Positions 24,284 through 38,396 of a DNA stretch of 64,000 nucleotides are shown piece by piece (position 1 is the first letter of the stretch; each line of letters starts with the position of its first letter). Origin of the DNA: Rhizaria sp. SCN 62-66 (taxonomy: Eukaryota); the NCBI GenBank assembly GCA_001724265.1, contig MEDY01000042.1, forward strand, positions 62,001-126,000, given 5' to 3'. Both the position numbers and the translations under genes were made by a program. Under the pieces are notes generated by a model. The model saw only the letters and a list, made by a program, of their open reading frames with translations, was not told the DNA's origin and did not search any database.

Positions 24284-24958
24284 ATATGCGGTGATGTCGT
24301 GTGAGTATTGTCTGTTTCAAGTGTATAATCTCAGTTTTCATAATAAACCCAACTATATTTTACCATAAATCAGTGTTTACATTCGTCTTATTCGATATGA
24401 TGACATTAGAGACTGAAATGATAGTCGTGTCAACTATGTCAGAGACAGCTTGGGTGCGGCTGGCCACCCGTCCGCGCCAAGCTATCTTCCCGAACTAAGT
24501 CGAGACCATAATCCGAGGAATGTTTAACTGACTGCAGGGGTGTTCATGGTGTGGACGGGGCCATTAAAAGCGCGTTTGTTAGATAAATTGGTTTATTTAT
24601 TATTATGTCATTGCTTGGAGGCTCTACAAGGGCTTCGCACCGATCCCGCCCTTCGGTGACCCATGACTTCCCCTCATAGTGCTCGTCCAGGGTCGAGGCC
24701 GCGGTTATTGACCATTAATAGCACTGCAATCCAAATCCCTAACACGCCGTTATATTTTATTCATATCCTCTTAATTATTACCCGTGGCAGGTTGATCTAG
24801 ACTCAGACACAACCGTTTCGAGAGCTGATCCACGACACACTCAGTCTTTCATCCTCCCCTGCTGAAGTGCAGCGTCCCTGCACCTGAAGCCTTTACTACA
24901 CCTAACCCCAGCGTCGCGAGTTGAAACACAACGCGCGTTGTTTGCCAACCCTAGCGCC

Positions 24959-27900
24959 ATGTTCCGCCTCGTGGACCGCGAGCCCGCCGCCGCAGCCCCG
25001 GCCGCCGCGCCCGCTGGCTCTGTCGCAGGCCGCCGCAACGCCCTGCTCTCCGAAGCGGCCGCATCCGCGCCGCCGACCTCCGCACCCGCCGGCTCAACAC
25101 TCGCGATTGCGTCCTCACTGCTCACGGTTATCTCCAGCACCGCGCGCTCCGTCGCCCTTACGGAGGCGACTGCGACGATGGCGACAGCCGAGACCCTCGC
25201 CGGCCCCTTCTCGGATGCCGACCCGGCGCTCCCGGGCTCCGCCGCCGCGGCGGTCCAGCTCCCGCTCTCCGCCGACTCCGCCGATGCCAGCGCTGCCGGC
25301 GCTAGCTCCGGCGCGGCTGCGTCATCGTTTGGCCAAGCTGACTTACCAGCTACCGGGGTGTCAGCCCTAACAGACCTCCTGCCAGACTCACTGGCAGGCA
25401 TTGCCGAAGTCGACATCTCCAGCGATCCCCAGGCGCAGACGGCGCTGCTGAGTAAGTGGCGTGCCGAAGCGGCCTCCGCGCTGCCCACTGCGCTCTCCGC
25501 CGCGGCGCTCTCAGCCCCGTTTATCGCTCAGATGGAGACCGTGCGCACCCACACGCATGACACCCTGCGCATCGAAACCTCTGACCGCGCCAACGCGTCA
25601 GGCGCCGCCGGTGCTGGCGCGGCCGCGGCGGGCGGCGCATCGGCGACGAACCCGCTGCTGTCGCGCCGCGCGCGCCCGCTCGCCGCGCTCGAGGAGTCCT
25701 CCGCAGTGGCCGAGGACAGCAGTCTGAGCGCGTTCGGTACCCGCGCCAAGCTGGCGCCAGTCCGCGCCGGCCAGTTCAACCCCACGGCCGCGGCGCGCCG
25801 CATTGCCACTCGGGCGACCGAGGCTGCCGCCGGCGCCAAGCCGCGCACGGTTGGCCTGCGCTCGGCCGCGGAGACCGCTGCGTTGAGCGAGAATGCGGTG
25901 TCGTTCGCAGCGACGCTGCAGGCTCGAGCGGCGGTGCCGCTGCCGTCGTCGCTGCCGGCCGTCCCGGGCTCGCTCGGCGACGCGCCGCTGCCGGAGACCA
26001 CGGTGCTTGACGCCGCGCTTGCCGCCGCCGCCGCAGTTGCCGACGATACTGCCGCGGACGACGTCACTGCGCCGGCGCGCGTGCTCGCGTTTGCAAAGAC
26101 TCTCGCCGCGGCCCCTGCACTGCAGCTGAAACGCGAGGCCGCGGACGCCGCCACCGCGGCCAACGCCGCCGCTGTCGCTGACGCTGCTGTGACGGCCGCG
26201 CTGGCCGCGGGCAAGGTGGCCGACGCTGCGGCGCACGTGGCCGTGTTGGCGTCGCTCTCAGCCGCCGGCGGCGAGGCCTCCGTCACTGCGCGCGCCGCCA
26301 CAGCGCTGCACGCACTCCACGACAAACTCACCGTTTTCCAGTCTCCGAGCGACTCGAGCGACCGTGGCGCGGTGACCGCCGCATTGGCAACTGCGCAGAC
26401 CGCAGTTGAGTCAGTCCTCCGCTCAGCGTCACTGCGCATCACCCAGTCACCAGGCACTAGCAGCGCTGACACTGACTTCGCCTCCTCTGCGGCTGCGACG
26501 TCGCCTGCGCTGGGTGTGGCGGGTCTGGAGCGGTGGTGCGTCACTGCGCAGTGGGCTAACCTGCTTCAGCAGGCCGCGACCGGCGCGACGTGGGCCAACG
26601 AGGCTGAGACTATCGCCCTCGCAGACTCTATCGACAACACAGCCAACGCGTCCGACCCCATGTACGCGACCACAGCGGTACGCGAGGTCGCGGCGCTGTC
26701 GCTGCGGTCGATTCTGCGCGCGATGGGCACCGGCAACGCGCCGACGGTGGCGCAGATCGCGGCGCCCGTGTCGTCGCTGTCGTACATCGGTGGTCCGTTC
26801 GGCACTGCAAGCACGCTTGTCACGCAGGAGAGCGTGGCTCGCGGCGCGGCGCGGGAGCGGCTGCTGAACTACGGCGCCGCTGCATGTCTGTCGCAGTGCG
26901 GTGGGTTCGCTTTCGTGCACTTGCCTGCTATCGGCGTGCTTTTGAAAATCACCACTGGTCACAACTCAGCTGCTGATGACGTGAGTGCGACGACTGGCGT
27001 GGTTGTTAGCTACCGCACCGGTGTGCTGCCGGGCCGTCGCTGCGGCATCGCGACCGTGTGCACCAGTCAAACCAGTCACAATGACGACAGCTCTGTTGTT
27101 TTGCTGCCGTTGGAGCCTCTCGCGACGGTCGATGTGCCCACAATTGACTCGGCACGCGCTCTCGCCGCCGCCGCCGTGGACACCCACCCAACCGACCCTG
27201 TGGTCATTGCCAGCGTGCCCAGCGACGAGAAGGACGCTGGCGCTGAGAGCACTGACCGCGTCAAGAGCAAGAGCTATGGTGCGCTATCTCTCTCCGCGTC
27301 TGCTCCTCTGGGTTTGACCGGCGGCGCGCCTCTGCCTGTCTCCGCGCTTGAGGCTGTCGCAGCGCACCGCAGTGCGCTCGCACAGCGCTCGGCCCCTGCT
27401 CCGGCGATGGTCTCTGCCGCTGCCGACACGGATCCCGAGTCTGAGGCGGCTAATATTGGCAAGAACTCGGTGACTGCGGTCCCTGTGGCGATGCCTGCTG
27501 ACGCTGTTGTGGAGATCATGGACCGCATTCCCGCTCTCTCTGTCTACGCGGCGTCGGATCTGTCGGTGCGCGAGAAGGTTCTGCTAGGTTGCGATAGCGA
27601 TAGCGCCGTGCCGCGGTCGCTGTACCTCGGCGCTGAGCCCGGTGTGACATCGGCGCCTGTGCTGTTGAGCGATGGTCAGAAGCTCTATCTCGTCGCCGCT
27701 GAGACTTTGCCCGTCGAGATCACTGCTCGCGACACAAACTTCAATACTGAAAGCGACGATGATGTTTCTGTTGAGATCTCCGTGCGCGACTTGGATCCCG
27801 CGACCCCTCACCCGTGTAAGTTCGCGGCATCTAAAGGCGTCACCGCGGAGGAGATGACCGCTGTCGCCGCCGCCCGTGCCGCTACGACCGCCGAATCCCC

Positions 27901-30900
27901 CGCTGCTACCAGTGCAGCTGCGTCTTCCTCACTGACGTCCTTGTTGTCACCGCAGCCGTCGTTGTCGACAAAGGCGCCGACCCCGCCGCCCGCAATCGGC
28001 GCGCGCTATTACGTCGTCGACCTCACGATGACTGTGCGCACGGCGGTGGTGCTTGACGTGCTGCCGCAATCTGAGCAGGTGTTCATCGCGTATGACTCAC
28101 TGCCGCGCACGTGGGACGAGTGGATCTCGGCAAAGTCACCCCGTCTCCTCTGCACTGCGCGCTTTGCCGCGAACACTAGCGATGCGAATGAAGCTGCTGC
28201 TGCTCCTACTGCCGCTGATGCGGTGACAATGATTCCGCCCGGCGCCCCTCTCCCGCAGCTGGCCCCCGCGCGCGCTGCGCTGCTGACCGGCGCCCGTCTC
28301 ACTCAGGCGGCCCTGCGTGCGGCCAAGTTCGCTGACCCCGCCGCGATCTTGACGCGCGCTGAGACCGCGGTTGCGAAGGCGGTGCGCGAGCTCGGTCGTG
28401 CCTCTGCGGCGGTGTCGGGCCTTGGTGCAGCCGCCTTTGGCGACAACAGCGGTGACTGTCCTGACGGCATGCTTGCGCGCCGGTTCGACCGCACGTCACG
28501 CGTGTCGGTGTGGAGCTACGACTGGTCGCAGCTTGCGCGCACGCGCAGTGCGCTTGAGTCTGCGCTGAAGACTGAGCGCGGCATTGCCGGTGTTGCTGCT
28601 GTGGCGCTCACGGGCGTCAACGACCCGCGCGCCCGTGCATGCGCCCCTCACCCTATCTATTCGCACTCGCACGCTCACTCACATCGCTCGGGTCCCACGA
28701 TGAGTGATGCGGTCCCTGCATTCACTGGCGCCGCGGCGCCGTCCCTGCCCACACTGCGCGGCTACCGTGCTGCTGCTGCTGCCTCCTCTTCATCTGCAGC
28801 GACACTGACCGAGAGTGACAAGAAGCGCGCTGCCCGGTGCAAGCGTTGGGCGGACGCTCTGGACCTTAACGACTACCCCCTCGCGCCCACAGTCATGAAC
28901 GCTGCGAGTGTGGATGCCGAGGACGCGTCGCTCAACAGCGCGGCCAACCGCGCGCAGTCTGCGCTGCCCGCGTTTGCGCTGCCGCTGTGGGAGCGCGTGC
29001 GCGCTGCTGCTGCGGACAGGCGGGCTCTCGCGCGCATGCTTGCGGCTGCGCTTGGTGTGGCTGTTGAAAATGGCGCTGTCGCTATGGAGGCTACAAGTTC
29101 TGGCTTCACCGCGCTGCCGAGTGTGATGGAGCTTGTTGCGCATGCTATCGACGGCATCGCCATTCCGAAGAAGCGCTCTGCCTCACCCTCTGTGATTGTG
29201 ACGCCGACGTCGGTGAACGCCGACGTCTCTGCGGAAGTTGCAAGCAATCTCTCAGTCGACGACATTGCGCTCGCTCTGCGCGTGTTTGGCAACGATGCGA
29301 CGACGGCAACGTGGTGGCTGCTCTCTGGTGGTGCTGCTCTGCTTGCGAAGACTGCTCGCTGTCCGCTTGTCGCCGTCACGGCGCTCGCTCCCGCAGTTGC
29401 TGAGGCCGCGGATGCTGGTTTGCTCCCTTCTCACCTCAAGGACACGAGTGTCGACGCAGTGAAGCTTCTCTCGTGGGCGACGTCGGCTGCTGCGTGGGCC
29501 GCCACGCTCCCCACTGCCGCCCCCTCAGCTGCTGAGGCGTCGTCGTGGCCCACGCTCGCCGCGCCGGTCGGCGCAGTGCGCGCGCTGGCCGCTGTCCCCG
29601 CTGCATACACTGCGAGCCGGGGTTGCTTCACCGTCGCCGAATCCACCGCGGGCTCCGGTCTGACTCAAAGTCAAGCCGCTGCGCTGGTCGCGAGGCTAAC
29701 GTGGTCCCGACAGGCGTACATGCTACTGCACCCGCATCGTGTCGCGTGCAGCGGCATGTATCTGTCTAACGGTTTGCTTGTTTACGTCACACGTGGCATC
29801 CACAAGCCCGCCGCTGCGGCCACAGCGCTCGTGCCCATCGACGCCGCGACTGCCAAGTCCGCCGCAAAGGAGACTGTGTCTGCGTGCACGACGCTTAAGA
29901 CCGCTGCTGTGGAGGCCCTTAAGACCGCATTCGCTCCCGTGTCAGCCTCCTCGCTGCGCCTCACCGCTCCCAGTCCGCCCATCGCAACAGGCATCAGCTC
30001 AGTGACCGGGCTCGTCCCGTCCACTGCGGCGACCGCGGCCGCTGCCGCTACGACCGCGCCGGTGACGACGACGGCAGCCGTGTGGTTCCGCCTCAGCGAC
30101 GGCCGCCACTCTGGCACCGCGGGCGTGCCCTCGCTCCTCCCCACGGGCAGCGCGCTGGGCACGTGGCGCCGGTCCGCCGAGGGCCGCTCGCTCCGCGGTG
30201 GCGGCGACGGTGGCGCGGGAGGCGCTGGCGGCGCGCAGATCGCCGGCTCTGGCCCCGGGTCTCCGCTCTCGCCCTCGCCCGCTGCACTCGCTGCCGCCCC
30301 CGCTGCCGCCGCCCCCGCCGCCGCTGCCGCTGCTGCTGCTGCGCCCGCTGCTGCTGGCGACGACGCCCGCGATGCACCGAGGCCTGGTGAGAGTAACCTC
30401 GACTTTGTGCAGCGCTCTCTTCGCGAGGTCTTAGGCGCTGTGGGTGAAAACAACGATGGAAACGGACTGCCAAATCCTCAGGACATTCTCGGACGGCCGA
30501 ACCGCGCACTCGGTGCTGTTCGCATTGACAACAACCCCGCGGCCGCCGCCGCTGCTGTTGCGGCCGGTGCGCGCGCCCCGTCATCGCCCGTTGCGCCTGT
30601 GGCAGCCCCCGCATCTGGCTCAGTCCCCGCTGCGCCGTCGCCTGTCTCCAACGACGACGACAGCGCTGAGTGGTTTGGCGCGTCGACAACTCTCACTGCG
30701 ACCCAAATTGCGAGCGCGAGTGTTGTTTCTGATGCATGTACGCGCGTCATATGCTTTGATGCGCGTCACAACACGCTTTGGACCTTCTCACTTGAGCAGA
30801 ACGCTGGCTTTATCGCCTTTGACGTCCCCTCTCCGGCTGCTAGCAAGAGCGACAGTGCTGATGCTGACGTTGTTGTGCCTGTGTCTGAAGCATGTTTCTC

Positions 30901-33900
30901 AACCGTTGCACAGTCCGCATACTCAGTGCTCGCTTCCTCTCTCGCGATCCGTGCCGCCGCCCCGGCTGCATGGGCTCTCGCGCTCTCAGCTGCGCTGACG
31001 GTCGCCGCTGACGTCGCAATGTCAACCACGACAGCCACATCCGCACTCGCGCACCCGGCCGTGGTTGCACGCGCTCGTTTCCTTGCCGTTGCGCATACCG
31101 AGTCCGCTGCACGCGTCGACGCTCTCACTGCAGACAGCGCTGTCGAGACCGCGCAGGAGTCCCTCGTCGCGTGTGCCGTTGCAGAGCGCCTCCGGCTGCG
31201 CCTCATGCTCGCTGCGAGCACCCGGTCCGCGGTGGCGCGCGTTGAAGACGCCGCTGCGCGCGAGGCGAGCAAGGAGGACATGCAGGCCCGCACCGCGCGC
31301 CGCAGCGACCGCGCGCGCCGCCGCGCTGAGCAGACCGAACGCCGCGAGAAGCGCGCCACCGCGGTCTCCGACGCTGAGAACAAACGTGACAAGGCACAGG
31401 CACGCGTTGAAAAGATTGAGCTCCGCATTCAGCAGGCCCGCGAACGCGCGGAGGCCGCCGCCGCGCGCCGCGCCGCCCGCGCTGCGCGTCCGCCGTCGAT
31501 GCTCTCGCGTCTGCCCGCTGATATTCTTGACGGGCTCGACCGCGCCGGCCGCCGCGCGCTCAAGGCCCTGTTGGAGGAGAACCTCGAGCCCGGCGCGGAT
31601 CCGAACGCGCTCGGTGAGGACATGCTTGTCGCGTTCAAGTTCCAGGCAATGGAGGATGCGGCCGGGTTTGAGGTCTCTGGTGAGAGCGAATCTGACGCTG
31701 ACGACGGCGAGGACGAAGAGGTTGACGACGAGGGTCTCCCACGTCGGCTGTTTGGCGATGACGACAGCGACGATGATGACGATGACAATGATGACGACAG
31801 TGTCGGCCAGGAGGGTGTTCTCGCCAGCCCTGAGGAGAAGCTAGCTCTGGCGCGCTCCCGCAAGGACACCGCCGAAGCCGCGCTCGCCGCCGCACGCGAA
31901 GGCTCCGAGTCCCCCGACGTATCGTCCGACACGGACTCTGACAGCAAGAGCGCCGCTGGTGACGCCGCCTCCCCGCGTGCCGAGGCCGTCGCCGCGGCGG
32001 CGCGCGCAGACGCCGTGGTCGCGAGCGTGACCTCCAAGAGCGCGATGAAGCCGACGCCGACTGCGGACGAAGTTCTCACGTGGCTCGACACTCTCGACCC
32101 TACACTGTTCACCGCAGACCCCGGCACTACGGCGCACAACGCAGCGCTGGCTGCGGCGCAGGCCAAGGGCCTCGCGCGCGCGCGCCAGGAAGAGGACGAC
32201 GGTTTCGATGAGGAGGACGAGCTCCTGCCTCTGTACCCTACGCCACTGCTGCTTGCTACCGCAGCGCGCCTGCGTCGCTACATCGCTGAGCGTGACGCGC
32301 AGAGTGCGCTCGTCAAAGCCGCCGCGCTGAGTCGCGATGTTATCCAGCAAAACATCAAGATGCTTGAGGCTCGCTGCCCAGTCGCGCTCGCCCCTGGGTG
32401 CTTGTTCGATGACTATGTGCCCTTTGCGCTTGACACCGGTCTCGACACGGCTGACGCGCTTATCACGCGCATTTCCGCTCTGTTGCACTCGCCGGTGGAC
32501 ACACTGCAGACGCGCACTGTCGTGCGTTACGCGCTGCACACTGCGCTGCGGCAGTTTGATGCCTGGATGCGCCGATGGACCGCTGCGCGCACGCTGACAG
32601 GATTTATAGTTGAGTCCACCGCAGACACACTCGCGAAGCTTGTTGCTGAGACTGTCAGCAGCGACTCATCGGTGAGCTCCACTCTCGACTCGCCGACTCT
32701 GTCTGCTGCGCGCACGGCCGCTAATATATATGGCCGCACGCTGTTGATTGCACGTGCACTCCTCTCGCGCCGCTCTGTAGTCTTGCTTAAGTCCAGTGAC
32801 AACGCACGCGCTGTGGTGCCCGGTAGCAACGGCGCCGCCGCGCGCAACGTCGAGCACTACGCGACGCGCGATGACCTCGTCGCCGCGATCAAGGAAACGT
32901 CGCACGAAACGCCTGCTGCGTCACTCTCAACCGCGTTCGCGCTCTCCGACACAGTGTTTGTTGCGGCGTCTGAGGCAGCAGGCGCGCCGGCGCTGTCGTC
33001 CCGTCTCCGCATCGCCCCGTCGAAGCTGGCCTCTGCGATTGCCCTTATCCTGCCGCTGCACGTGCCGTTCGAGCTTATCTCAGCTTCGCTTCAGACTTCT
33101 GCATCTGATGATGCCGCCCCTCCCAGCAGCCCGATTGCCCCGTACCGAGCTGCCCTCGCCAAGGCGGCAACGCGCCCGTTCGACTCCGTGGCCGCAACGC
33201 ATGCGCGTGCCGTTGAGGGTCTCTCCAGTGCAATGTTGATGGCCGGTATGACTGTGCTCGACGAGAGCTACGGTGATATCTGCGCACCCGCTATCGCCCG
33301 CGCCACCGCTGCTGCTGCCACAGACGTCTCTGCTGCGCTGGAGGCGCCGCATTCGTTGTTCGCCCGCGCTGCCGCTGTGCTTGCGACCGCGGCTGGTGTT
33401 TCTGGTGTCTTCGTGCGCTCGCGTGATCAGCCTGACTGTATTGTCACGTTCCCTGCCTCCGCTGCCACGGCGGCTCTCGCACTGGAGTCAGACTCTGACG
33501 CGATTGTTCCAGCCCTGGCAACGCGCGTGTTGATGACTTCGCTGCCGTTGTTCCTGCCACGCAAGCGTGACGTGCTCGTGCTTTTGACCGCACTCCTTGC
33601 GCGATCTACTGCAACGCCGACGCCGTTGCTGCAGCAGCTGATGGTCTACGCCGCTCACTCGCGTGCGATCGCTGTGGCGCTGGCCTCGCACCCTGGCGAC
33701 GAGGACGCCGAGGCGCTTACTCTGTTCCTGCGTTGCGCTGGAGTGCCCGGCCAGCCTTGGATTCCCGGAATCGGCAAGAAGCACACTGTCCGCACCACTG
33801 CTGCTGACGACAGCAACACCAGCACAGCCACATCGTCGCTGTCGTCTGCCAGCAGCGCAAACACCAACACTGCGCGCGGCTTTGTCGACGCTATCGTCGC

Positions 33901-36900
33901 TGCCATCCGTCCGCTGGCCGACCTTACATTTGACTCGATCACGCTGACTCTAGCCCCGCTCTCGGACAGCGTTTCGAGCGCTAACTATGTGAACGCAGTG
34001 GAGCCCATGTCCGCGCCCGCGAACCCGGTGACGATGTTCATGGGCCGTGGCTTCTACTCCGAAGCCATTGCCAACGGCGCCAAGATTGCTCTCCCACCGT
34101 CGTCCTCCGCTGCGGCCGCAGCTCTCACGGCACTGCCCTCCGAGACGATCTTCGCGCGCGCTACGGAGCCCTGGCAGCGTCTCACCGCTGTCGCCGACGC
34201 CGTGGCCGCCGCTGACTGTGCCACGCACTTCCCCACTGAAGTCCGCCGTGCGCTGGCCGCTCTGCGCACCGATGGCCCCGCTGCGGCCGCAGCATGTCTG
34301 CCTGCTGCGCCGCTGCGTCAAGCCCCTGGACACAAGCTTCGGCTGTCGCTCACGGCCGCTGCGTCTGTCTCTGTGGTGCGCTGTGTTGCGCTGGCCGGTG
34401 GGATCCCCACTGGCTGGACTTCAATGCCCACATGGCTCGCCTCAACATCTGTGGGGCACATTGGCTGTACCAACCGGACCCTCTACCCCGCGCTCTCCGC
34501 CGGCGCCGCTGTTTCCGCTGCGTCTACCGCGCGCGTGCCGGATGTTTCCGCTTTCCGTGCTTCGTTCATCGTGCCCACTGCCAGCGCGGTCGCGGATGCT
34601 CTGCTGCAGTCTGCGGCGCTCGCGGGGTTCGACCTCACGACGACGCCCACCACAGTCGTGCGCGAGCTCGAGAGCGGTTCCTATGCACTCGCCCCTCTGC
34701 GCCGCGCTGTCTCCGTGCTTGTTGCATCGAGTGGTCGCATAGCGCTCACACCACCGCACCTGCGTGGGCACACTGTGCCAACGCTGCCGCCGACGCCGCT
34801 GGAAGACTTTGCTTCCGCATCTGCTCCTTCGGGCACCGCTGCGATGTCGTTGCACACTGCGCTGGCGCCGGCCTCGTCGCGCGTGCTCGACCACGCGCAA
34901 CTGGGCGTAGACGGGTCCAAATGGTCTTCTAACCGCGGGTTCGTCGGCCGTGGTGACGTCACGCGCGACCGCCGCAACGGTTTCGCGTGCCCTAGTCAAA
35001 CGTTGCTCGTTGCTGTTCTGACGCAGAGTCTAACTGAGTTCGCCGACGCTGTCGACGTTTCCAGCGCTAGCACTGTCGCGCTCGTCAGCTCCAAGGACAT
35101 CAGCTCACCGACGCATAAGCTGCCTGTAGCGGTCGCCACGACTGCGCGCGTGAACGACAAGCTTACTTCTGCTGACACTGCCGCGCTGACTGGCCGTGGT
35201 GTCGATCTCGCGCGCTTCCGCGTGCAAACACGCTGGACCGCGCGTATCATCGTTTTCACGCGCGCACTTCTGGCCGCTCACACGCGCACGCTGCGCGCTC
35301 TCGTCCAGCTTCCCGATTCTGCGCTTCTCGTCGCGCCCGACCGCGCGCGCGATGCCTCGCTGTCGGCCGCGCTTCCTTACGACCGCGCCGTCCCTGCCGC
35401 GAGCGAGCTCGCTGGCTGGCTCGACCAGTACACCGCGGGCGCGACCGCGACGCTGGCGCTGCTGCCGACGTTACTCGCCGCCTCGTCGTCGCCGCAACTG
35501 GCGCAAGACCCGCGGTTCGCGCTCGCGCTGGCCAAGCCGGCGGCGGAGTTTGCAGCCGCGCTTGACGCCGTGCTGAGCCGCTCGCGCACTTTGTGCGCTG
35601 AGGACAAGATCGCCGCGATGACCGCGCTTGCCGCCGCTGCAGAAGTGCCTGTCGTCGTCGAGAGCGCGCACCCGTATTCGAGCGGCAACGACGTACTGCT
35701 GCGCACGGTGACCATCCCACGCGCTGCTGCACTGCTCGTCACGTTTGACCGCCGGTGCGCACTTGAGACTCGCTCCGACTGTCTCCGGTTGTACCGCGAC
35801 GGCGACCGGCAGCAGCTCTTCAGCTCCTACGAGGGCGGTCGCCAGAGTACCGGGCTGCCGCGCAACTGCACCGTCGTCGTCCCCGGCGACACGGTCACGA
35901 TTCACCTCGCCGCCGTCTCCAAGGCGCGCGCCGACGCCGCAACGGCGCACGCGCGCTGGGGCATCCGCGTGCTCGTGCGCGCTGCCGATCTCGCCAACGC
36001 GGCGCCCCCGCGCCTCTGGCCTCTGGCCGCCGCGGCGGGTTTCCAGGCGTACGTGCTGCAGGCGCTGAGCTCTGGCACCGGCGAGGCGAACGAGCACGCG
36101 ATGTACGAACGCGGGTGGCACCGCGTGCCGCTGTTCCAGGGCGGACTGCGCAAGGAGATCCTCACGACGGCGATCCACCGGGACGCGAACGCTGCAGCCC
36201 GCACGTTCCTCACTCGCCACATGAGCGCGAATCGTTCTGCCTCGTCCTCGAGTGTGCCTGCGGCTGGCCTAACGCTGCGCAAGGTGACCCCGTCTGCGTC
36301 AAGCAGCGCTAGCTCCAAGGCGAGTGTGCGTCCCGTGCTGCCACTGCCTGGTATGTGGACCAGCGACGACTTCATGCTGACGCGCCCTCTCGCCGGCGCC
36401 ACCAGCAGCGTCCTCGCCGCAATGGGACTGACACCTGCCGTCATCATCGCCGTCGCTGCTGCGCACAACTACTCGATGGAGAGCATCACCAACACCGCTG
36501 CGGCGCTGCACGGCACCACGGAGCCCGTCACTCCCGCCGTCGCCGCTGCAGCCGCCACGGCCGCTGCGGATCTCGCTGTTTGGAACGGTGCCGCCGCCAC
36601 GGATGTGCGTCTGGTCGAACCACAGTGGTATGAGATTTGCGGTGACTCCGACGTTCTGCTGACTGGTGTTGCGGAGTCGTTATACGCTGCAGGCGTGCTG
36701 CCTACGATGTCTAGCAACAACACTGGCAGTAATTTCAGTGTTGCACAGAAGATGCTCTACGAGCTCGCGGGCCTCCCGACTCATAACAATAACGGCCTCG
36801 TCGAACCTCTAGCGCTGGCTCGTAGCATCAGTGGCATTGCTTCGACAGAGGCGACAACCGCAATCCAGGGCTATCGTGCGAGTTTCCTCGAGCAGTGGGT

Positions 36901-38362
36901 CTCCGGCTCTCCCCTCACCGCGCCCATGGACGTTGTCGCCATGGCGGTGCGGCCGCGCATGAACCCTGTCGCGATGCTGATGCAACGCCAGTCGCCCGAG
37001 ACGCGCGCCGTGTGGGCCACCGCGATCCGCGCATACGCGGCGTCCATGCTGCACCACCAGGGTCTGGGTGACGTGCTTGCCGCGGTTTACGCAACGGGCA
37101 ACTCCGCCGCCACGGACAATGCGGCACCGTTCGTGCGTGACCCGCGGTTCGCGCCGGTCACGCCCGACTCGGCGTTCGCGGCCTGGGAGCGCGCGCCCAT
37201 TGCGACCCGTGTCGCCGCTGCGGCAGCTGCTGTCTCTGCGGCGGTGCTTGCGGCTGAGGAAGGTTTTCAGCGTTCGCTGATGCAGCAAGTGCAGGTGCTC
37301 AAGCAGTGGAACGAGTACTTTGACGAGGACCACATGCGTCCTGTGTTTAGCACCACTGACGACAGCAAGTCTGCATTCCTTCGCTACGAGTTCACTTTCA
37401 CCGAGGAAATCTTTACTTCCGCGCTCTCCGGTGACAGCGACCGCGTGCGCGCGCTGGCCCAGGTTAAGCGCGTGTGGCCCGGCAACTTCGCCGTCCCATT
37501 CTCGCGTGCCGCCACGATCCGACGCTTGTGGAGCACGTTGCAGTCTGAGCGCGAGGCAAAGACGCAGTTCGCGCGCGCTGTCCCCGCCCGTGCGCATCAC
37601 GCGCTGTCGTGGGAGGAGACTGCACCACTGGCCTACGCCGAGGTCTGCCGCAACGCTATCACCGCTGCAGCGGGGCTTTTGTCCTTCAACTCCGCTGCCC
37701 CGATGATCCCCGCGCTCGCCAGCAATGCACTTGTGGCTGATCCGGTCAGTGCACAGCGTGCGCGCCGGAACGCGCCCCGTGGCACGCCGCAGCTGTTGGA
37801 GCTCCAGGTCACCGCTGCTGGCGCCAACGACGCTGCCGGTCCCGCCGGAGCGGGCAACGCCGACGCCGCCGCCGCTGCTGGTGGTGGTGGCAGCGCTGGC
37901 AGTGGCGAGAACGTAACCGGTGGCTCTAGCACCGGTATCACCGCAGTCGACGCTTCCGTCGAACCCTTGTATTCGCAACTCACCAGCAGCATGCCGCTAC
38001 GCGCGTGCGTCGACGCCGCGTTTCGGCAGACCATGCGTTTCCCTGAGCTTGTCTACACAGCAGCGCGTGCGACCCGCCGCGGCCAGGTTCGCGCCGCTGC
38101 GCTGGCACTGCTGAAGGAGGCCGTTGCGCCGCTGAAGCTCGATGCTGCGCGCATGCCGCTGCTGGCGCTGGTGCCGCGGTCGCTGACTGCGACGGGCGTG
38201 TTCACCACCGGTGGCAAGAGCGCGAGCTTCCTGTCTGCCGAGGGCGACAACGGCGACGCTGATGATGCCGGTAGCAACGCCAACGGTGCTGCTGCGCGTG
38301 GCGCTGGTGAAGACGACGACAGCGAGGCTAGTGAATGGAGCGATGGCCGCGACGACGACGAA

Positions 38363-38396
<34 letters not shown>

